From the NCBI GenBank assembly GCA_964392315.1, contig CAYMOT010000003.1, forward strand, positions 3,665 to 67,664: a stretch of 64,000 bases of DNA, given 5' to 3'. The notes under the pieces were generated by a model that saw only the letters and a program-made list of their open reading frames with translations, was not told where the DNA came from and made no database searches. This document shows, in pieces, positions 38,643 to 49,125 of the stretch (its first letter is position 1; each line of letters starts with the position of its first letter). The stretch is from an uncultured Candidatus Saccharibacteria bacterium (lineage in GTDB: Bacteria; Patescibacteriota; 4484-211; JAGQKX01). A program made the position numbers and the translations under genes.

Positions 38643-40541
38643 TTAGAAGGAAATGGTTGCATCTTTGGACAGTGAAAGGCTTTGCTGTCCCTCCTCTTGT
38701 CCTGCTCTCACCACTGATACCGTATAATCTATTGCCCCTTTACCCGGTTGCTTCTGTATATACACACCGTAACGATCTTCCAGAGAAAAAGGCAGTTTAT
38801 ACGTAAAACGCACCGTTCTTTGCTCAAGCGGTGGAATGGCGACAAACGTGTCAAAAACAGTCTTTCCCAAATCTTCAGAAACAGTTGGAACTTGCTGGAG
38901 ATCCCCATCGGTAGTTATCAATTCTGCACCGAGAGGAACATACAGGCGTACATAATTTCTTGCAACGTTATTAAGCCAATTATCCTGTGGCTTTGGATTT
39001 GTATATGTAAGGGTTACTGTTTTTTGTACGGTTCCATCCTCAGCAATTTCAACCTTTTGGTCTACAGTACGAATGAGATACATATCTGATTTCCTTCCTG
39101 CTAAGTTTGCATCATTCACATGAAGATAGTCAGTATTTTGTGGAGCCTCAAGAATACGTCCAGTCCAGTTAAATGAATCCGCGAATGTCTGCAAACGTTC
39201 ATTATGCAAGTACAACAATACATGTTTCTCATCTAATTCTTTTAGTACAACAGACAAAAACCCGGGTAGTTGATTGGATTCCAACATGAAGATTTTCTCA
39301 ACGATTACGTCCATCAAATCACCTAGTATCTGTTTTCGATCATTATTTCTATCCAGTATACGTTGCGCGTACAGCTCTAAACGACATACGACATTCTCTG
39401 CGGTAAAACTGGTACCACCCACCCTGCATGAATCTGGAAGATGTGCTTGATTTTCAAAGTCGAGGCTATATTTTGCCATATCAACAGGCCCCAAAAACTC
39501 TAGCATGGCCGACAAAAACTGAGTATCGAGTGCAATAATGCCTTTTACTTCAGGGAGGTTCGTATGGGGATAGTATTTTTCGAAGTCTCGCATAGAAGTA
39601 GGGAAATCAGGCGAAAAATTTGTATCGCGCATGTAATACGTCCCTACTCCGAGATACTGAGCGATTGGCCGAGGCATCGGCAAGATACTTCGCTCAGGAT
39701 CCACATCATATATATCTCCCGAATCATCTATTTTCAGACTACCAGCATCGAAGGATACGATCGCGTATGCCGTGATAAACCCACCAGTAGGCCTAATTTC
39801 TTTATCATTTTGAAACAAGAAAAGATACCGAGCTGGCTCAGTGCTTCCGAGTGCCTGTGGTATTTCAGAAATCACTGGAGATAATTGAGTGGTTAATTGC
39901 TGCACAAAGGGAAGTGTTTCCTTTGTCAGCTTTTCGTATTGGGTATGTAGTGCAATACCACGTATTGTTGCAGGATATTTATATATATTAATCTTAGACA
40001 GCTGTTCTTGAATTGCATGCACTTCGTTATATATAGAATCAAGCATCGGAGAAAGTTGGGGAGCTATTTGGGCAAACTGGAATAGATGCTGCTCGGTGGT
40101 CAGGTTCTGCTCTCCTTCAAAACCAAGTAAAACCCTATGCGGTTCTAAAGCAACTACTGATACATTTGCCATGTTTAATCCATGTTGCAGTATTGTGAGC
40201 ATTCTTTCGCCATCGGTGTAGTAATTTGTAGCAACTGGTATATACCGAACAAACCGCAATTTTCGGTAATCGCGTTCCGTCTGGTCCTGTAATGCCTCCA
40301 ATGTACCAATATTTGTAATAATCGCCTCGTATTTTTTCTCTTTGACCGCTGTAGCAAGCTCCTTTCCAACCTGCTCAATAGCGTACACATCTTTTTTTAG
40401 TGCAAGTAATGGTTGAGCAACAAAGACATAGCACACAACGGTTAATAATAACAACACGAATGCCACACAACTCAAAAAAACCTTGTGTCGGACAATCCAT
40501 GATTTTGGTTTAAAGGTAGAATGTTTTATCCACATACTCAT
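38643..40541 (-). CDS. membrane-anchored extracytoplasmic protein, DUF4012-like
   Basis: Single N-terminal TM plus a large domain containing LFLFQNDKEIRPTGGFITAYAIV, reminiscent of the DUF4012 QNxAExRxTGGFIG motif. Confidence 0.4.
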   Translation of the reverse strand: MSMWIKHSTFKPKSWIVRHKVFLSCVAFVLLLLTVVCYVFVAQPLLALKKDVYAIEQVGKELATAVKEKKYEAIITNIGTLEALQDQTERDYRKLRFVRYIPVATNYYTDGERMLTILQHGLNMANVSVVALEPHRVLLGFEGEQNLTTEQHLFQFAQIAPQLSPMLDSIYNEVHAIQEQLSKINIYKYPATIRGIALHTQYEKLTKETLPFVQQLTTQLSPVISEIPQALGSTEPARYLFLFQNDKEIRPTGGFITAYAIVSFDAGSLKIDDSGDIYDVDPERSILPMPRPIAQYLGVGTYYMRDTNFSPDFPTSMRDFEKYYPHTNLPEVKGIIALDTQFLSAMLEFLGPVDMAKYSLDFENQAHLPDSCRVGGTSFTAENVVCRLELYAQRILDRNNDRKQILGDLMDVIVEKIFMLESNQLPGFLSVVLKELDEKHVLLYLHNERLQTFADSFNWTGRILEAPQNTDYLHVNDANLAGRKSDMYLIRTVDQKVEIAEDGTVQKTVTLTYTNPKPQDNWLNNVARNYVRLYVPLGAELITTDGDLQQVPTVSEDLGKTVFDTFVAIPPLEQRTVRFTYKLPFSLEDRYGVYIQKQPGKGAIDYTVSVVRAGQEEGQQSLSLSKDATISF

Positions 40542-40547
40542 TTATTA

Positions 40548-41672
40548 TCAGCGAGCAATCTCCTGGTACACGTGTTCTGTCTCTTCTGCCATTTTGCGCC
40601 AACTGTATCGCTGCCCCTGCATATACCCTTTCTCAATAAGGCCACTCCTGTATTCTTGGTCATTATATACTTCCAAGATTCTGCTCGCCAATCCTTGAGG
40701 AGCGTGCGGGTCAAAATATACTGCCGCATCTCCACACACTTCTCTAAACACTGGGATGTCTGAAATAATTGCTGGACACCCTACTCCCATGGCCTCTAGC
40801 GGCGTGATACCAAAGCCTTCTTCAAGTGATGCACTGGTATATGCAATAGCGTTTTTGTACAAAATCCCCAATTCCTCATCTGGCACATATCCGGTGATAA
40901 CTACCCGATCTTTTTTATCGAGGTCCTCTACGAGTTTCGCTGTTCGTTCCCAAAATATACTTCGTGACCCCACCAGTACTAATGTAAACGAATCGGGCAA
41001 AAAATCCAAGGCATGTATAAGAGTTTGTATGTTTTTGTATGGGTAACTATTACCGACGTATATATAGTATGGGTGCTTAATATGATACTTCTCAATTACA
41101 TCCTTATCATGGAGACTGTTATCCAACGCAGAGGCGATAGTATTATCAAAACCTTCGTAGGTCACCGCAACCTTTTTTTCATCTAATTTGAAGTAAGATA
41201 CTAAGTCATGTTTTACAGAAAGCGTAGGCACAATAATCTTTTGGCTTCTTCTAACTGCCCACCACATCACAAACTTATAGACCAAGTATTTTGCATAAAA
41301 TATCGGCAAAGGTAATGTCGTTGCCTCTTTATTAGAATGCTTATGTTTAATAAGGTCATGAATAGTAGCAACAAACGGAGTACGGAGATTGAGGATCGGC
41401 ACAATAAAATGGGGAAAATGCACAAGGTCATATTTACCATCCTTTATAGCTTTTGCTAATAGCACTTGCTCGCGGAAGGTATGATGTGGCGCGTTTACAA
41501 TATACGTACGGAAATTAGGCCCAAATGAAAGATCTTTGTATTTTTCCCAGACAAGAAGTGTATACGTATTTTGTGTGTCTATGTGAGACAACTCGGAAAT
41601 CAGATTAGACGTATACCTTCCTAAACCCGCGTGTTCAAGCCCATAGAAGCGTGCATCTATCGCGATATTCAT
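40548..41672 (-). CDS. GT4 glycosyltransferase
   Basis: EEGFGITPLEAMGVGCPAIIS is a GT4 signature. Start taken at MNIAIDARF (the ORF track start at 41732 would overlap the divergent gene). Confidence 0.7.
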   Translation of the reverse strand: MNIAIDARFYGLEHAGLGRYTSNLISELSHIDTQNTYTLLVWEKYKDLSFGPNFRTYIVNAPHHTFREQVLLAKAIKDGKYDLVHFPHFIVPILNLRTPFVATIHDLIKHKHSNKEATTLPLPIFYAKYLVYKFVMWWAVRRSQKIIVPTLSVKHDLVSYFKLDEKKVAVTYEGFDNTIASALDNSLHDKDVIEKYHIKHPYYIYVGNSYPYKNIQTLIHALDFLPDSFTLVLVGSRSIFWERTAKLVEDLDKKDRVVITGYVPDEELGILYKNAIAYTSASLEEGFGITPLEAMGVGCPAIISDIPVFREVCGDAAVYFDPHAPQGLASRILEVYNDQEYRSGLIEKGYMQGQRYSWRKMAEETEHVYQEIAR

Positions 41673-43321
41673 CTTTGCATTGTAGCATGCATATCCTGAT
41701 TCAGTCGTATAATGCGAGGGTGCCTCTTTCATTCCATTTTACAAAAACTAACATAACCCTCCTTCTGATAGTAGTCATTCTCACTTGCATCGCATTCTTA
41801 AACAGGTCAATCCTCGATGATGCTTTTATATCATTTAGGTATGCTGAAAACTTGAGCAATGGCTGGGGACTCGTGTGGAATAATGGATATCCTGTGGAAG
41901 GGTACAGCAATTTTTTGTGGGTAATCCTCATCGCATCGGGCATCAAGCTCGGGATACAACCTGAAATCTTTTCACACATCATTAGCCTAGGCTCTTTTGC
42001 TCTTTGTCTCTGTGCTATCTATATACTTTCACAAAAATTGCTAAAAAATACTTTTGCATCGTTACTGTGTGTTGTCGCAATTGGTTTAAATTATAGTTTT
42101 AACTCGTATGCCACTACTGGCTTGGAAACAATGCCCGTAACCGCTTTATTTCTTTGCATACTAACGTTCACGATTACTCAGGACTACAAACCAGTACGTC
42201 TCGTTTTCTTATCATCATCTTCTGGATTAATTCTTTTGCTACGACTCGATGCAATATTATTGATTGCACCCTGGATTTTATTCATTCTGGTTCAGATGAT
42301 ACGCTCTTCTCACAATAGGTATAAGTCTCTTATGTTTTTTATACTACCTGCCCTCTTGATCTTAATTCCCTGGTTTATTTGGAAGTACGACTTTTACGGG
42401 GCTATTCTTCCAAACACCTACTATGTAAAGGTTGCAAGTGCTACCTCCTATGCTCGCGGGGCAATATTCGTCGGAGTTTTCTTTTTTTCATATACCTTCT
42501 ACCCTCATGTTTTATTCCTTACTACAGGTACAAAAAGAATGCTTTCCGATAAAATTCTGCGTACTTTTATCATATCCATTGCTCTGTGGTTGTTGTACAT
42601 ACTGATTATTGGTGGGGATTTTATGGAATTTAGATTTTTTATACCTATTATTCCGCTGATTACTATTTTATTCTTCTGGCTTTTATCTAATCTCACCAAA
42701 CGAAAAGCCATATTGATTTTGTGTGTTCTTAGTTTTTTTATTACAAACCTATACCACCTTTATCTTTTTCCATTGTATGCAAAAGGGTTACAAATCGATT
42801 CAGTAGGATCATATTTCCAGCGACCTGGAATGGAACTGTGGCACAAGATAGGCAAAAAACTCAATGTCTTCTTTCCCCAATCAGACGTTAGTATTGCGGT
42901 TGCACCCGCGGGGGCAATTCCTTATTATTCAAAGCTTCGGACTCTTGACCTGCATGGACTTAACGATGTGTATATTGCCCGAAATGGTTTACGCATAAGC
43001 GATAGGCCCGGACATCAGCGTATGACGCCGATTGACTATATCTTGCTCGGAAATACCACACTTATCATTGGCAACCCGAAGATACGAGATCTTTCTCATG
43101 AGCGCGATCCTTTCAAAGATTTTACCCATGCTGATGCTGCATCATACATACACAGTGAGCCGAGTTTACTACCCGATCAGGTTACAATTGTTGCTATACC
43201 TATTGACCACAATCTTGTTATGCTTGCGTGGTACGCACATACTCATCCCGATATCGAAGAGTACATTAAAAAAGAGGTGTTTAGCGTTAAGCGGTTCAAC
43301 CGCGTCGAAGAAGCTCAATGA
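41651..43321 (+). CDS. polytopic membrane protein, putative GT-C-fold glycosyltransferase
   Basis: At least 12 TM. N-terminal conserved-looking DDAFISFRYAENLSNGWGLVWNNGYPVEGYSNFLW. The true start is probably downstream of 41651 (for example MHILIQ at 41687). Confidence 0.35.
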   Translation: MHLSRYSSLHCSMHILIQSYNARVPLSFHFTKTNITLLLIVVILTCIAFLNRSILDDAFISFRYAENLSNGWGLVWNNGYPVEGYSNFLWVILIASGIKLGIQPEIFSHIISLGSFALCLCAIYILSQKLLKNTFASLLCVVAIGLNYSFNSYATTGLETMPVTALFLCILTFTITQDYKPVRLVFLSSSSGLILLLRLDAILLIAPWILFILVQMIRSSHNRYKSLMFFILPALLILIPWFIWKYDFYGAILPNTYYVKVASATSYARGAIFVGVFFFSYTFYPHVLFLTTGTKRMLSDKILRTFIISIALWLLYILIIGGDFMEFRFFIPIIPLITILFFWLLSNLTKRKAILILCVLSFFITNLYHLYLFPLYAKGLQIDSVGSYFQRPGMELWHKIGKKLNVFFPQSDVSIAVAPAGAIPYYSKLRTLDLHGLNDVYIARNGLRISDRPGHQRMTPIDYILLGNTTLIIGNPKIRDLSHERDPFKDFTHADAASYIHSEPSLLPDQVTIVAIPIDHNLVMLAWYAHTHPDIEEYIKKEVFSVKRFNRVEEAQ

Positions 43322-44102
43322 TATCAGAACGGTTTCTATTTACCGCTATATAATTGGCTCCTCTAAAATCTTCTTCCTCAACTCGGTAATCTTTAAAGTC
43401 AACACCCTTTGGAAGCAGTTTGCCAATTTGATACTTTTCACCAAGTAAACAATAAAAATCATATAAGAGGAACCGTGCAAATATATTTACTCTGCCATAC
43501 TCAAATTGAATGATGTCTATCGAACCATCAGCAAGCATTTTCTTAAAACCAGCCAGCACTTTACTTTCCGCTCCCTCGACATCAATTTTTAGCATGTCTA
43601 TATGATTGATTTTTTGTTCCTTGCAATAGGTGTCTCCAGTAATTACCTGTGCGATTTCTTTATGAGCTTCTGCGGGCAAGTGTTTTTGTGTCACTATGCT
43701 TGTCATACCTAGTGCTGAATCTTCCAGGTAAAATTCGGTTTCCCCTTCGAAATCAGCGAGTCCTTTATTAACTATCTGAATAGACGAGTATTTTTCTGAA
43801 TGGAGTTTAAGCGTACAAAATATCTTTGATGAGATTTCGAATGAATGAATTTGCGCTGACGGGATTAACTCCGCAGCGGTACAAGTCCACTCTCCAGTGT
43901 GTGCCCCTACGTCAAATAAAACCTTTGGTCTTACTGACGCTATCCTCTCCAATATATAACGTTCGCCATTGCTTTCTATTGTATAGCTTCTGTTTGCATA
44001 CCCATCCAGGAACTTATTTGCAAGCGCAAATACGAATGTTGTTTTACTCTTTCTGGCGAACCTACCTAAACTAAATACTATTTTTGCGACAATGTTTTTC
44101 AT
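43296..44102 (-). CDS. FkbM-family SAM-dependent methyltransferase
   Basis: VLFDVGAHTGEWT and the following motif spacing match FkbM. Start set at MKNIVAK (cat at 44100-44102); the track start at 44324 is a long N-terminal extension. Confidence 0.65.
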   Translation of the reverse strand: MKNIVAKIVFSLGRFARKSKTTFVFALANKFLDGYANRSYTIESNGERYILERIASVRPKVLFDVGAHTGEWTCTAAELIPSAQIHSFEISSKIFCTLKLHSEKYSSIQIVNKGLADFEGETEFYLEDSALGMTSIVTQKHLPAEAHKEIAQVITGDTYCKEQKINHIDMLKIDVEGAESKVLAGFKKMLADGSIDIIQFEYGRVNIFARFLLYDFYCLLGEKYQIGKLLPKGVDFKDYRVEEEDFRGANYIAVNRNRSDIIELLRRG

Positions 44103-44142
44103 GTAAGTCTCCTGTGTAAACTTTAATTTACCATCAATACAT

Positions 44143-45210
44143 TTGCAAGAATCTATATGGGATAAATTCAAAGAATACCGTTGCATAAGCCGTTGCGTGT
44201 ATAATGAATGGGTGAACATATTCGTCCAAATTCCCGCATTAAACGAAGAAGAGACGATTGGATCAGTTCTATCAAAAGTCCCAATAGAAATCCAAGGACA
44301 TACAGTCCAAACAGTAGTCATCAATGATGGTTCAACCGACAGGACCGTAGAAATAGCTCAAGCGCACGGTGCAGAAATTGTCAACCACTATAGGAACCTT
44401 GGCGTTGGTGCAGCAATGAAAAGTGGGTATGCATATGCGCTGAAGAGAAACGCCGATATTCTTGTAACCATTGACGCCGACGAGCAATTTGACCCACATG
44501 ACATACCAACGTTGATTGAACCTATTCTCAGCAAAAGAACTCACTTTGTCACAGTCTCCCGCTTCAGAAAAGATAGCGTTCGACCGCACATGCCACATAT
44601 AAAATACTGGGGAAATATAATTCTTGCTTACATAATAAGCAAAACGATAGGATTTGCCGTTACAGATGTATCTTGTGGTTTCCGGGCCTACTCCAATGAA
44701 GCACTTCGTTGGTTGAATGTCTTTGGAAGAAAAGATTGTAACCAGGAAACTTTTATCAGCCTTGCAAAACACAATATTCTTCCTGAAGAAATTGCCCTTC
44801 CTGTATATGAGACGTCAAGAAGTGGTGGAAAATCGCGCGTTTTACATAATCTGCTTGGGTTTAGTACTCATATGTTTTTTATTCTTATTAGAACAGTAAG
44901 AGATGCAAACCCATTCTTTTTTTATGGATTGCCCGGAGTAGCACTCATGCTGTTTGGGGTGTTTCTTTATATCGTTTTCTTAATAACAAGCATGACAAAC
45001 ATTGACATTAGTGTGATCAGCAGGCAACTTGGTACAGTAAGTTGGATATTAACGTTAATTGGCGGTCTTTTGTTTTTATTTGCGCTGTTTTCGGACATGA
45101 TGGACAGACAACGCCTACTGCTTGAAGAAATCGCCTACAAATTGCGCGAAAAAGAACCACAAACGCTTAAGGAACCATCAACTACCTCCCTTCCTACTTC
45201 TGAAAAATAA
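44143..45210 (+). CDS. GT2 glycosyltransferase, polyprenyl-phosphate sugar synthase-like (DPM1/GtrB/ArnC-like) with C-terminal TM helices
   Basis: IPALNEEETIG, INDGSTDRT and DADEQFDP (DxD), with two C-terminal TM helices. The likely true start is GTG at VNIFVQIPALNEE. Confidence 0.7.
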   Translation: MQESIWDKFKEYRCISRCVYNEWVNIFVQIPALNEEETIGSVLSKVPIEIQGHTVQTVVINDGSTDRTVEIAQAHGAEIVNHYRNLGVGAAMKSGYAYALKRNADILVTIDADEQFDPHDIPTLIEPILSKRTHFVTVSRFRKDSVRPHMPHIKYWGNIILAYIISKTIGFAVTDVSCGFRAYSNEALRWLNVFGRKDCNQETFISLAKHNILPEEIALPVYETSRSGGKSRVLHNLLGFSTHMFFILIRTVRDANPFFFYGLPGVALMLFGVFLYIVFLITSMTNIDISVISRQLGTVSWILTLIGGLLFLFALFSDMMDRQRLLLEEIAYKLREKEPQTLKEPSTTSLPTSEK

Positions 45211-46354
45211 ACTCACCAAGAGTGTAGAACGTTCTTGCCTCATCATACAGATTGATATCAACCAAGGATTCGAATGGAACAAGTTGTGCACATGAATCAG
45301 TTAATATGGTAAGCGACTCATACATTTTTGCACGCTGCACATGATAACTGCCTACTACAATATATGTAGTCACTATACCTGCAATGACACCTCCTTGCGC
45401 CAAATTACGTATTATCTTTTGTAAAATTGATGAATTGGGTAACTGTGTCAGTGAGACTACAAAATACGAAACTACGGGAAACATAATTCCCAGTATTCGA
45501 TACGGCAGCGATGCAAACCAATCATATCGAACCTTTAAGCTTTCACCGAAACCTGTTTGCAATATTGCAAAAGAAACGATACACCCTGCAGCGGTCACAC
45601 ACAGATACCATAACAACCATGACCATTCGCTGTGTACTATATGAGTAAAAATTTTAAGACGTGACTTAAATACTGCATATGTGCCGTATGCAATACCGAC
45701 AAAACCAACAATAAGCATACCAAATGACGTATGTATCAAAAACGGCAAGATGCTTGTGGCAAATGCGGCTTTGTAATTTTTTCTATACAAAAACATTAAT
45801 AATGGAACAACAAAAAGCATTGCCGTTGCACGTGGCACAAAGGTGAGAAAGCCCACCATCCCGTCAGGGCCAACCAGCCCTAGGAATATTAAGAAAATAT
45901 ACAAGAGCCCTTGTTGGAATAGACCCAGACCAGCTTTACGAATTACAAAAACGGCAATTGCATAACCAGTTATCGTGGTTAGGAACAAACTAAGTGCTAC
46001 CGTATGAGAAAAGTGTACATCTGAGAAAGTAGTAATGACCCTTATCAATCCGTTGGTAAGGGGATATGTTGATGGTGACTCCCAAAGGCGAAATATATAT
46101 CGTTCAGCGTGCGCTTCTTCAAGTTGCGACACTTTGGCATCCACGTAAGTATGTACTTCCTGTTTTTGTTCGTCCGACGAAAAGACATACGCACTTGAGT
46201 AGTAGTGCACGGCTTTGTCATCGCAGCTCCCGTAATTATACGCAAAGATATAAACTGTGAGCGGAAAGACTAGCAATAGAATAGTTGCTACCTTTTGCAG
46301 GAGCGTAAATATATCTGGGGCAATGCGGATTTTTGTAAAAAATAACTGCCGCAT
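45194..46354 (-). CDS. polytopic membrane protein of unknown function
   Basis: About 10 TM helices; no motif recognised. Confidence 0.3.
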   Translation of the reverse strand: MRQLFFTKIRIAPDIFTLLQKVATILLLVFPLTVYIFAYNYGSCDDKAVHYYSSAYVFSSDEQKQEVHTYVDAKVSQLEEAHAERYIFRLWESPSTYPLTNGLIRVITTFSDVHFSHTVALSLFLTTITGYAIAVFVIRKAGLGLFQQGLLYIFLIFLGLVGPDGMVGFLTFVPRATAMLFVVPLLMFLYRKNYKAAFATSILPFLIHTSFGMLIVGFVGIAYGTYAVFKSRLKIFTHIVHSEWSWLLWYLCVTAAGCIVSFAILQTGFGESLKVRYDWFASLPYRILGIMFPVVSYFVVSLTQLPNSSILQKIIRNLAQGGVIAGIVTTYIVVGSYHVQRAKMYESLTILTDSCAQLVPFESLVDINLYDEARTFYTLGEFIFQK

Positions 46355-46357
46355 ACA

Positions 46358-47206
46358 TCAGGCGGTAAAGGCAACACCTAATCCTCCCCCAGGATACCAA
46401 TGGTCTTTTGGGACCTCATGATGAAAGAGAAACTTTCTGCCCGTCTCTCGTGAAAATAAAAACAACTTATCGGTAACATGTGCATTGTCGCCGATAATTA
46501 TTGCGTTTTCAGCAAGTTTGGATTTAACTGCCTGATACTCACGATATTCATAATCAGGGGAATGATCGCTGTCATTAATAAAAATATCGATGGTATCTTG
46601 GAACTTCTCTATACTTTCAACAGAATCTCCATAAAGAATTTCACCAAATTGTGCATACTCGCCGCCCAAGAGGTACCCGGCGTGTGGATTTATATCGGTA
46701 CCGTAGTATCTCCCTTCAAAACCTTCCTGCATGTTCCTCTTGAGTGCCGCACAAAGTAATACCCCACCCAACCCTTTATCAATGCCTGTTTCAAATACAA
46801 CCTTCGGCTTACGACTTCGTACAAATGCATACCATCCTAGCCGCTTGCCAAAATGGACCTTCGTATCTGCAACATGTTGGTGCTTTGAAGTGCTGATCTT
46901 TTGGGAAATGTATGCTTTTAACGATTGGTCTTCTTGAGCTTCGAGCATATAGCTATATACTTCCTCATGTGGAGTATGCGTAATGACTGAAATCATTGCT
47001 GCAAGATACTGCATGTTTTCCTCTGTTAAAGCATACGTGTAATTTGTGTCTTCTTTTGAAGAAACAAGCCACTTGGAGATCTGAACATATTTATGGTTGT
47101 AATACCTGCTTGCCATGAATAGACGTGGAAATGCATTGAGGACCCGGGAACTTCTGATAAGTGGTGCTATTTTTTTACGATATTTTATAAAGTTGGACAT
47201 AGCCAT
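46358..47206 (-). CDS. class I SAM-dependent methyltransferase, TylF/CmcI-like
   Basis: ETGIDKGLGG...YGTDINP...IFINDSDHS is consistent with macrocin-O-MT-like folds. Confidence 0.4.
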   Translation of the reverse strand: MAMSNFIKYRKKIAPLIRSSRVLNAFPRLFMASRYYNHKYVQISKWLVSSKEDTNYTYALTEENMQYLAAMISVITHTPHEEVYSYMLEAQEDQSLKAYISQKISTSKHQHVADTKVHFGKRLGWYAFVRSRKPKVVFETGIDKGLGGVLLCAALKRNMQEGFEGRYYGTDINPHAGYLLGGEYAQFGEILYGDSVESIEKFQDTIDIFINDSDHSPDYEYREYQAVKSKLAENAIIIGDNAHVTDKLFLFSRETGRKFLFHHEVPKDHWYPGGGLGVAFTA

Positions 47207-47245
47207 TCTTCGCTAGTATACCTACTCTGAACAAGTGCTGGCAAA

Positions 47246-48430
47246 CTATTTTTTTGCAGCTAGACCTGCTTTAACTAACCGATATATATCAAGCATACGC
47301 TTTTCCCAACTATGTTCGTATGCTTCAGCAAGTCGATATTCTTTATTATAACTAGGATCTAATAATATTTCTTCAATAGACACGATAAACTCATCAGCGG
47401 TATTTGCGAACTTACATGGTGCTTCTTTGCCTTCATATTCTTTCACAATCGACGGTTGCGAAGTCGCAACAACTGGCTTGCCCGTAGCTAGATACTCATA
47501 AAATTTCATAGGAAATGATCCCGCAAGTCTAGTATTTGATGGCAAAATGCACACATCAAAGCCCTTTGCGAAATTGGGTAACGTATCAAACGGCTTTGCA
47601 CCCAACAGTACGACGTTCTGAAGGGACTTAATCTTTTCTATATTAGTTCCAGGATCGCCAAATCCAATAGGCCCTATCAAACAAATCGTCCAATGAGGTC
47701 GTGCACAAGCAAGATCATACAATAACTGCCAATCGATTTTGTAATCCGCGAGGTTTCCCCAGTATCCCAGAATCGGACGAGCAATGTTTTCTAATTCAGG
47801 AGCCACAGGTAGTGCATCTGCCTGTGCTTGTGAAAAGAATTCGTAATTTGCAACATTAGGAAGGTATGCCACATTTTGATGGAGGGCAGAGAAACGCTCA
47901 TACAACTCTGCCGCTGTAGCAAAAACAACATCAACATGAGCCAATAATTCATTTTCAAGTGCTCGTATATATCCACTGTCTACTCCTGGATTAGACGCAT
48001 AATCATCGACACAATGATAGATCCGCAGCTTTTCACCAAGCCTGTGCATGAGGAAACTACCGGTAGGTAGAAACATCCACAGTATTGGCGATGAAAAACG
48101 GAGCACTGCCTGAATTAAACGAATATACAGTGTGAGCCACAACTCATTAATTTTTCGTACTAATGCGAATCGTTGAAAAGGTATCAGAATAGGTGAAAGA
48201 ACATAGATACCTTTCGAAACAAGCCGGGGACCTTTTAAGAAATTACCAACTCTTTTTGCGACTTTCTGAAAGTCGCTTTTTGCCACCTGGGGTGAACGCA
48301 GTCCTAATGATTCGACGAATAATACCTTGTTTCCATTTTTCGCCAAATTTTCCGCAATAAAATGGACATTTACCTTTGTAGGCGCATTCCAGTCTGCAGA
48401 TGCTATGAGTATGATGTTTTCGTTTACCAT
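47246..48430 (-). CDS. GT4 glycosyltransferase
   Basis: C-terminal KFYEYLATGKPVVAT. Start taken at the internal MVNENIIL (the track start at 48496 would overlap the neighbour). Confidence 0.65.
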   Translation of the reverse strand: MVNENIILIASADWNAPTKVNVHFIAENLAKNGNKVLFVESLGLRSPQVAKSDFQKVAKRVGNFLKGPRLVSKGIYVLSPILIPFQRFALVRKINELWLTLYIRLIQAVLRFSSPILWMFLPTGSFLMHRLGEKLRIYHCVDDYASNPGVDSGYIRALENELLAHVDVVFATAAELYERFSALHQNVAYLPNVANYEFFSQAQADALPVAPELENIARPILGYWGNLADYKIDWQLLYDLACARPHWTICLIGPIGFGDPGTNIEKIKSLQNVVLLGAKPFDTLPNFAKGFDVCILPSNTRLAGSFPMKFYEYLATGKPVVATSQPSIVKEYEGKEAPCKFANTADEFIVSIEEILLDPSYNKEYRLAEAYEHSWEKRMLDIYRLVKAGLAAKK

Positions 48431-48449
48431 AACTTTTAAAGCAAGTATG

Positions 48450-49118
48450 TCAGACTTTGATGAAAGATACCTCTTCACCGGTCTCGGAAACACCAAAAAC
48501 TAAATACCCGCTGTTATTCAGTAAAGTTATGATTTCACGAGTCTTTCCTATACCATCGACAAAAAATCTGTGATGAAACTCGACAGCAATTTGGCCAATA
48601 GGAATCGGTGACCGTACTATATCTGCCAGAACCTCATACTCCGCACCCTCAATATCCATCTTTAGCAGATCTATTCGAGTATGTCCCAATTCGTTAACAA
48701 TTGTCGTTAACGTTTTCATTGATACATCCACTGTTTCAAGTCCAACGTTTTTTGTACGTAGAACACTACCACTTACATGCTCTTTGTGAAGAGGCAAATG
48801 CATAGGGTAAGAGCCATTCTGTACATATATGCCATATGGATAAAACTGTAATCCATCAACTAAATTATTGCCCATCCATTCAATAGATTTCGGTGTTGGA
48901 TCAAATCCATGCACAGTACAGGCATACTCCTTAATAATATCTGTATCGAATGAGATGTCAGTACCGATCCCAAAAGAATAGACAACTGATGTATTACACA
49001 AGGCATCAGGATGAATGAAAAATCCTCCATAGTTATTACCCATCCAACGTTTTGCACGGTCAATTTGTGTGTCAGGCCTCCATCGAGGGATAAGGTTTTT
49101 AATTATTCGTTTTAGCAT
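48450..49118 (-). CDS. FkbM-family methyltransferase
   Basis: SVVYSFGIGTDISFD...GFDPTP is an FkbM core. Start at MLKRII avoids overlap with the next gene. Confidence 0.6.
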   Translation of the reverse strand: MLKRIIKNLIPRWRPDTQIDRAKRWMGNNYGGFFIHPDALCNTSVVYSFGIGTDISFDTDIIKEYACTVHGFDPTPKSIEWMGNNLVDGLQFYPYGIYVQNGSYPMHLPLHKEHVSGSVLRTKNVGLETVDVSMKTLTTIVNELGHTRIDLLKMDIEGAEYEVLADIVRSPIPIGQIAVEFHHRFFVDGIGKTREIITLLNNSGYLVFGVSETGEEVSFIKV

Positions 49119-49125
49119 ATTATCC

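Noticed and set aside
41651-41732. Apparent 82-bp head-to-head overlap between the GT4 gene (minus) and the GT-C-like membrane protein gene (plus)
   Set aside because: Both ORF-track starts are upstream extensions. Using MNIAIDARF (41672) and MHILIQ (41687) removes the overlap, so it is not treated as a real antisense overlap.
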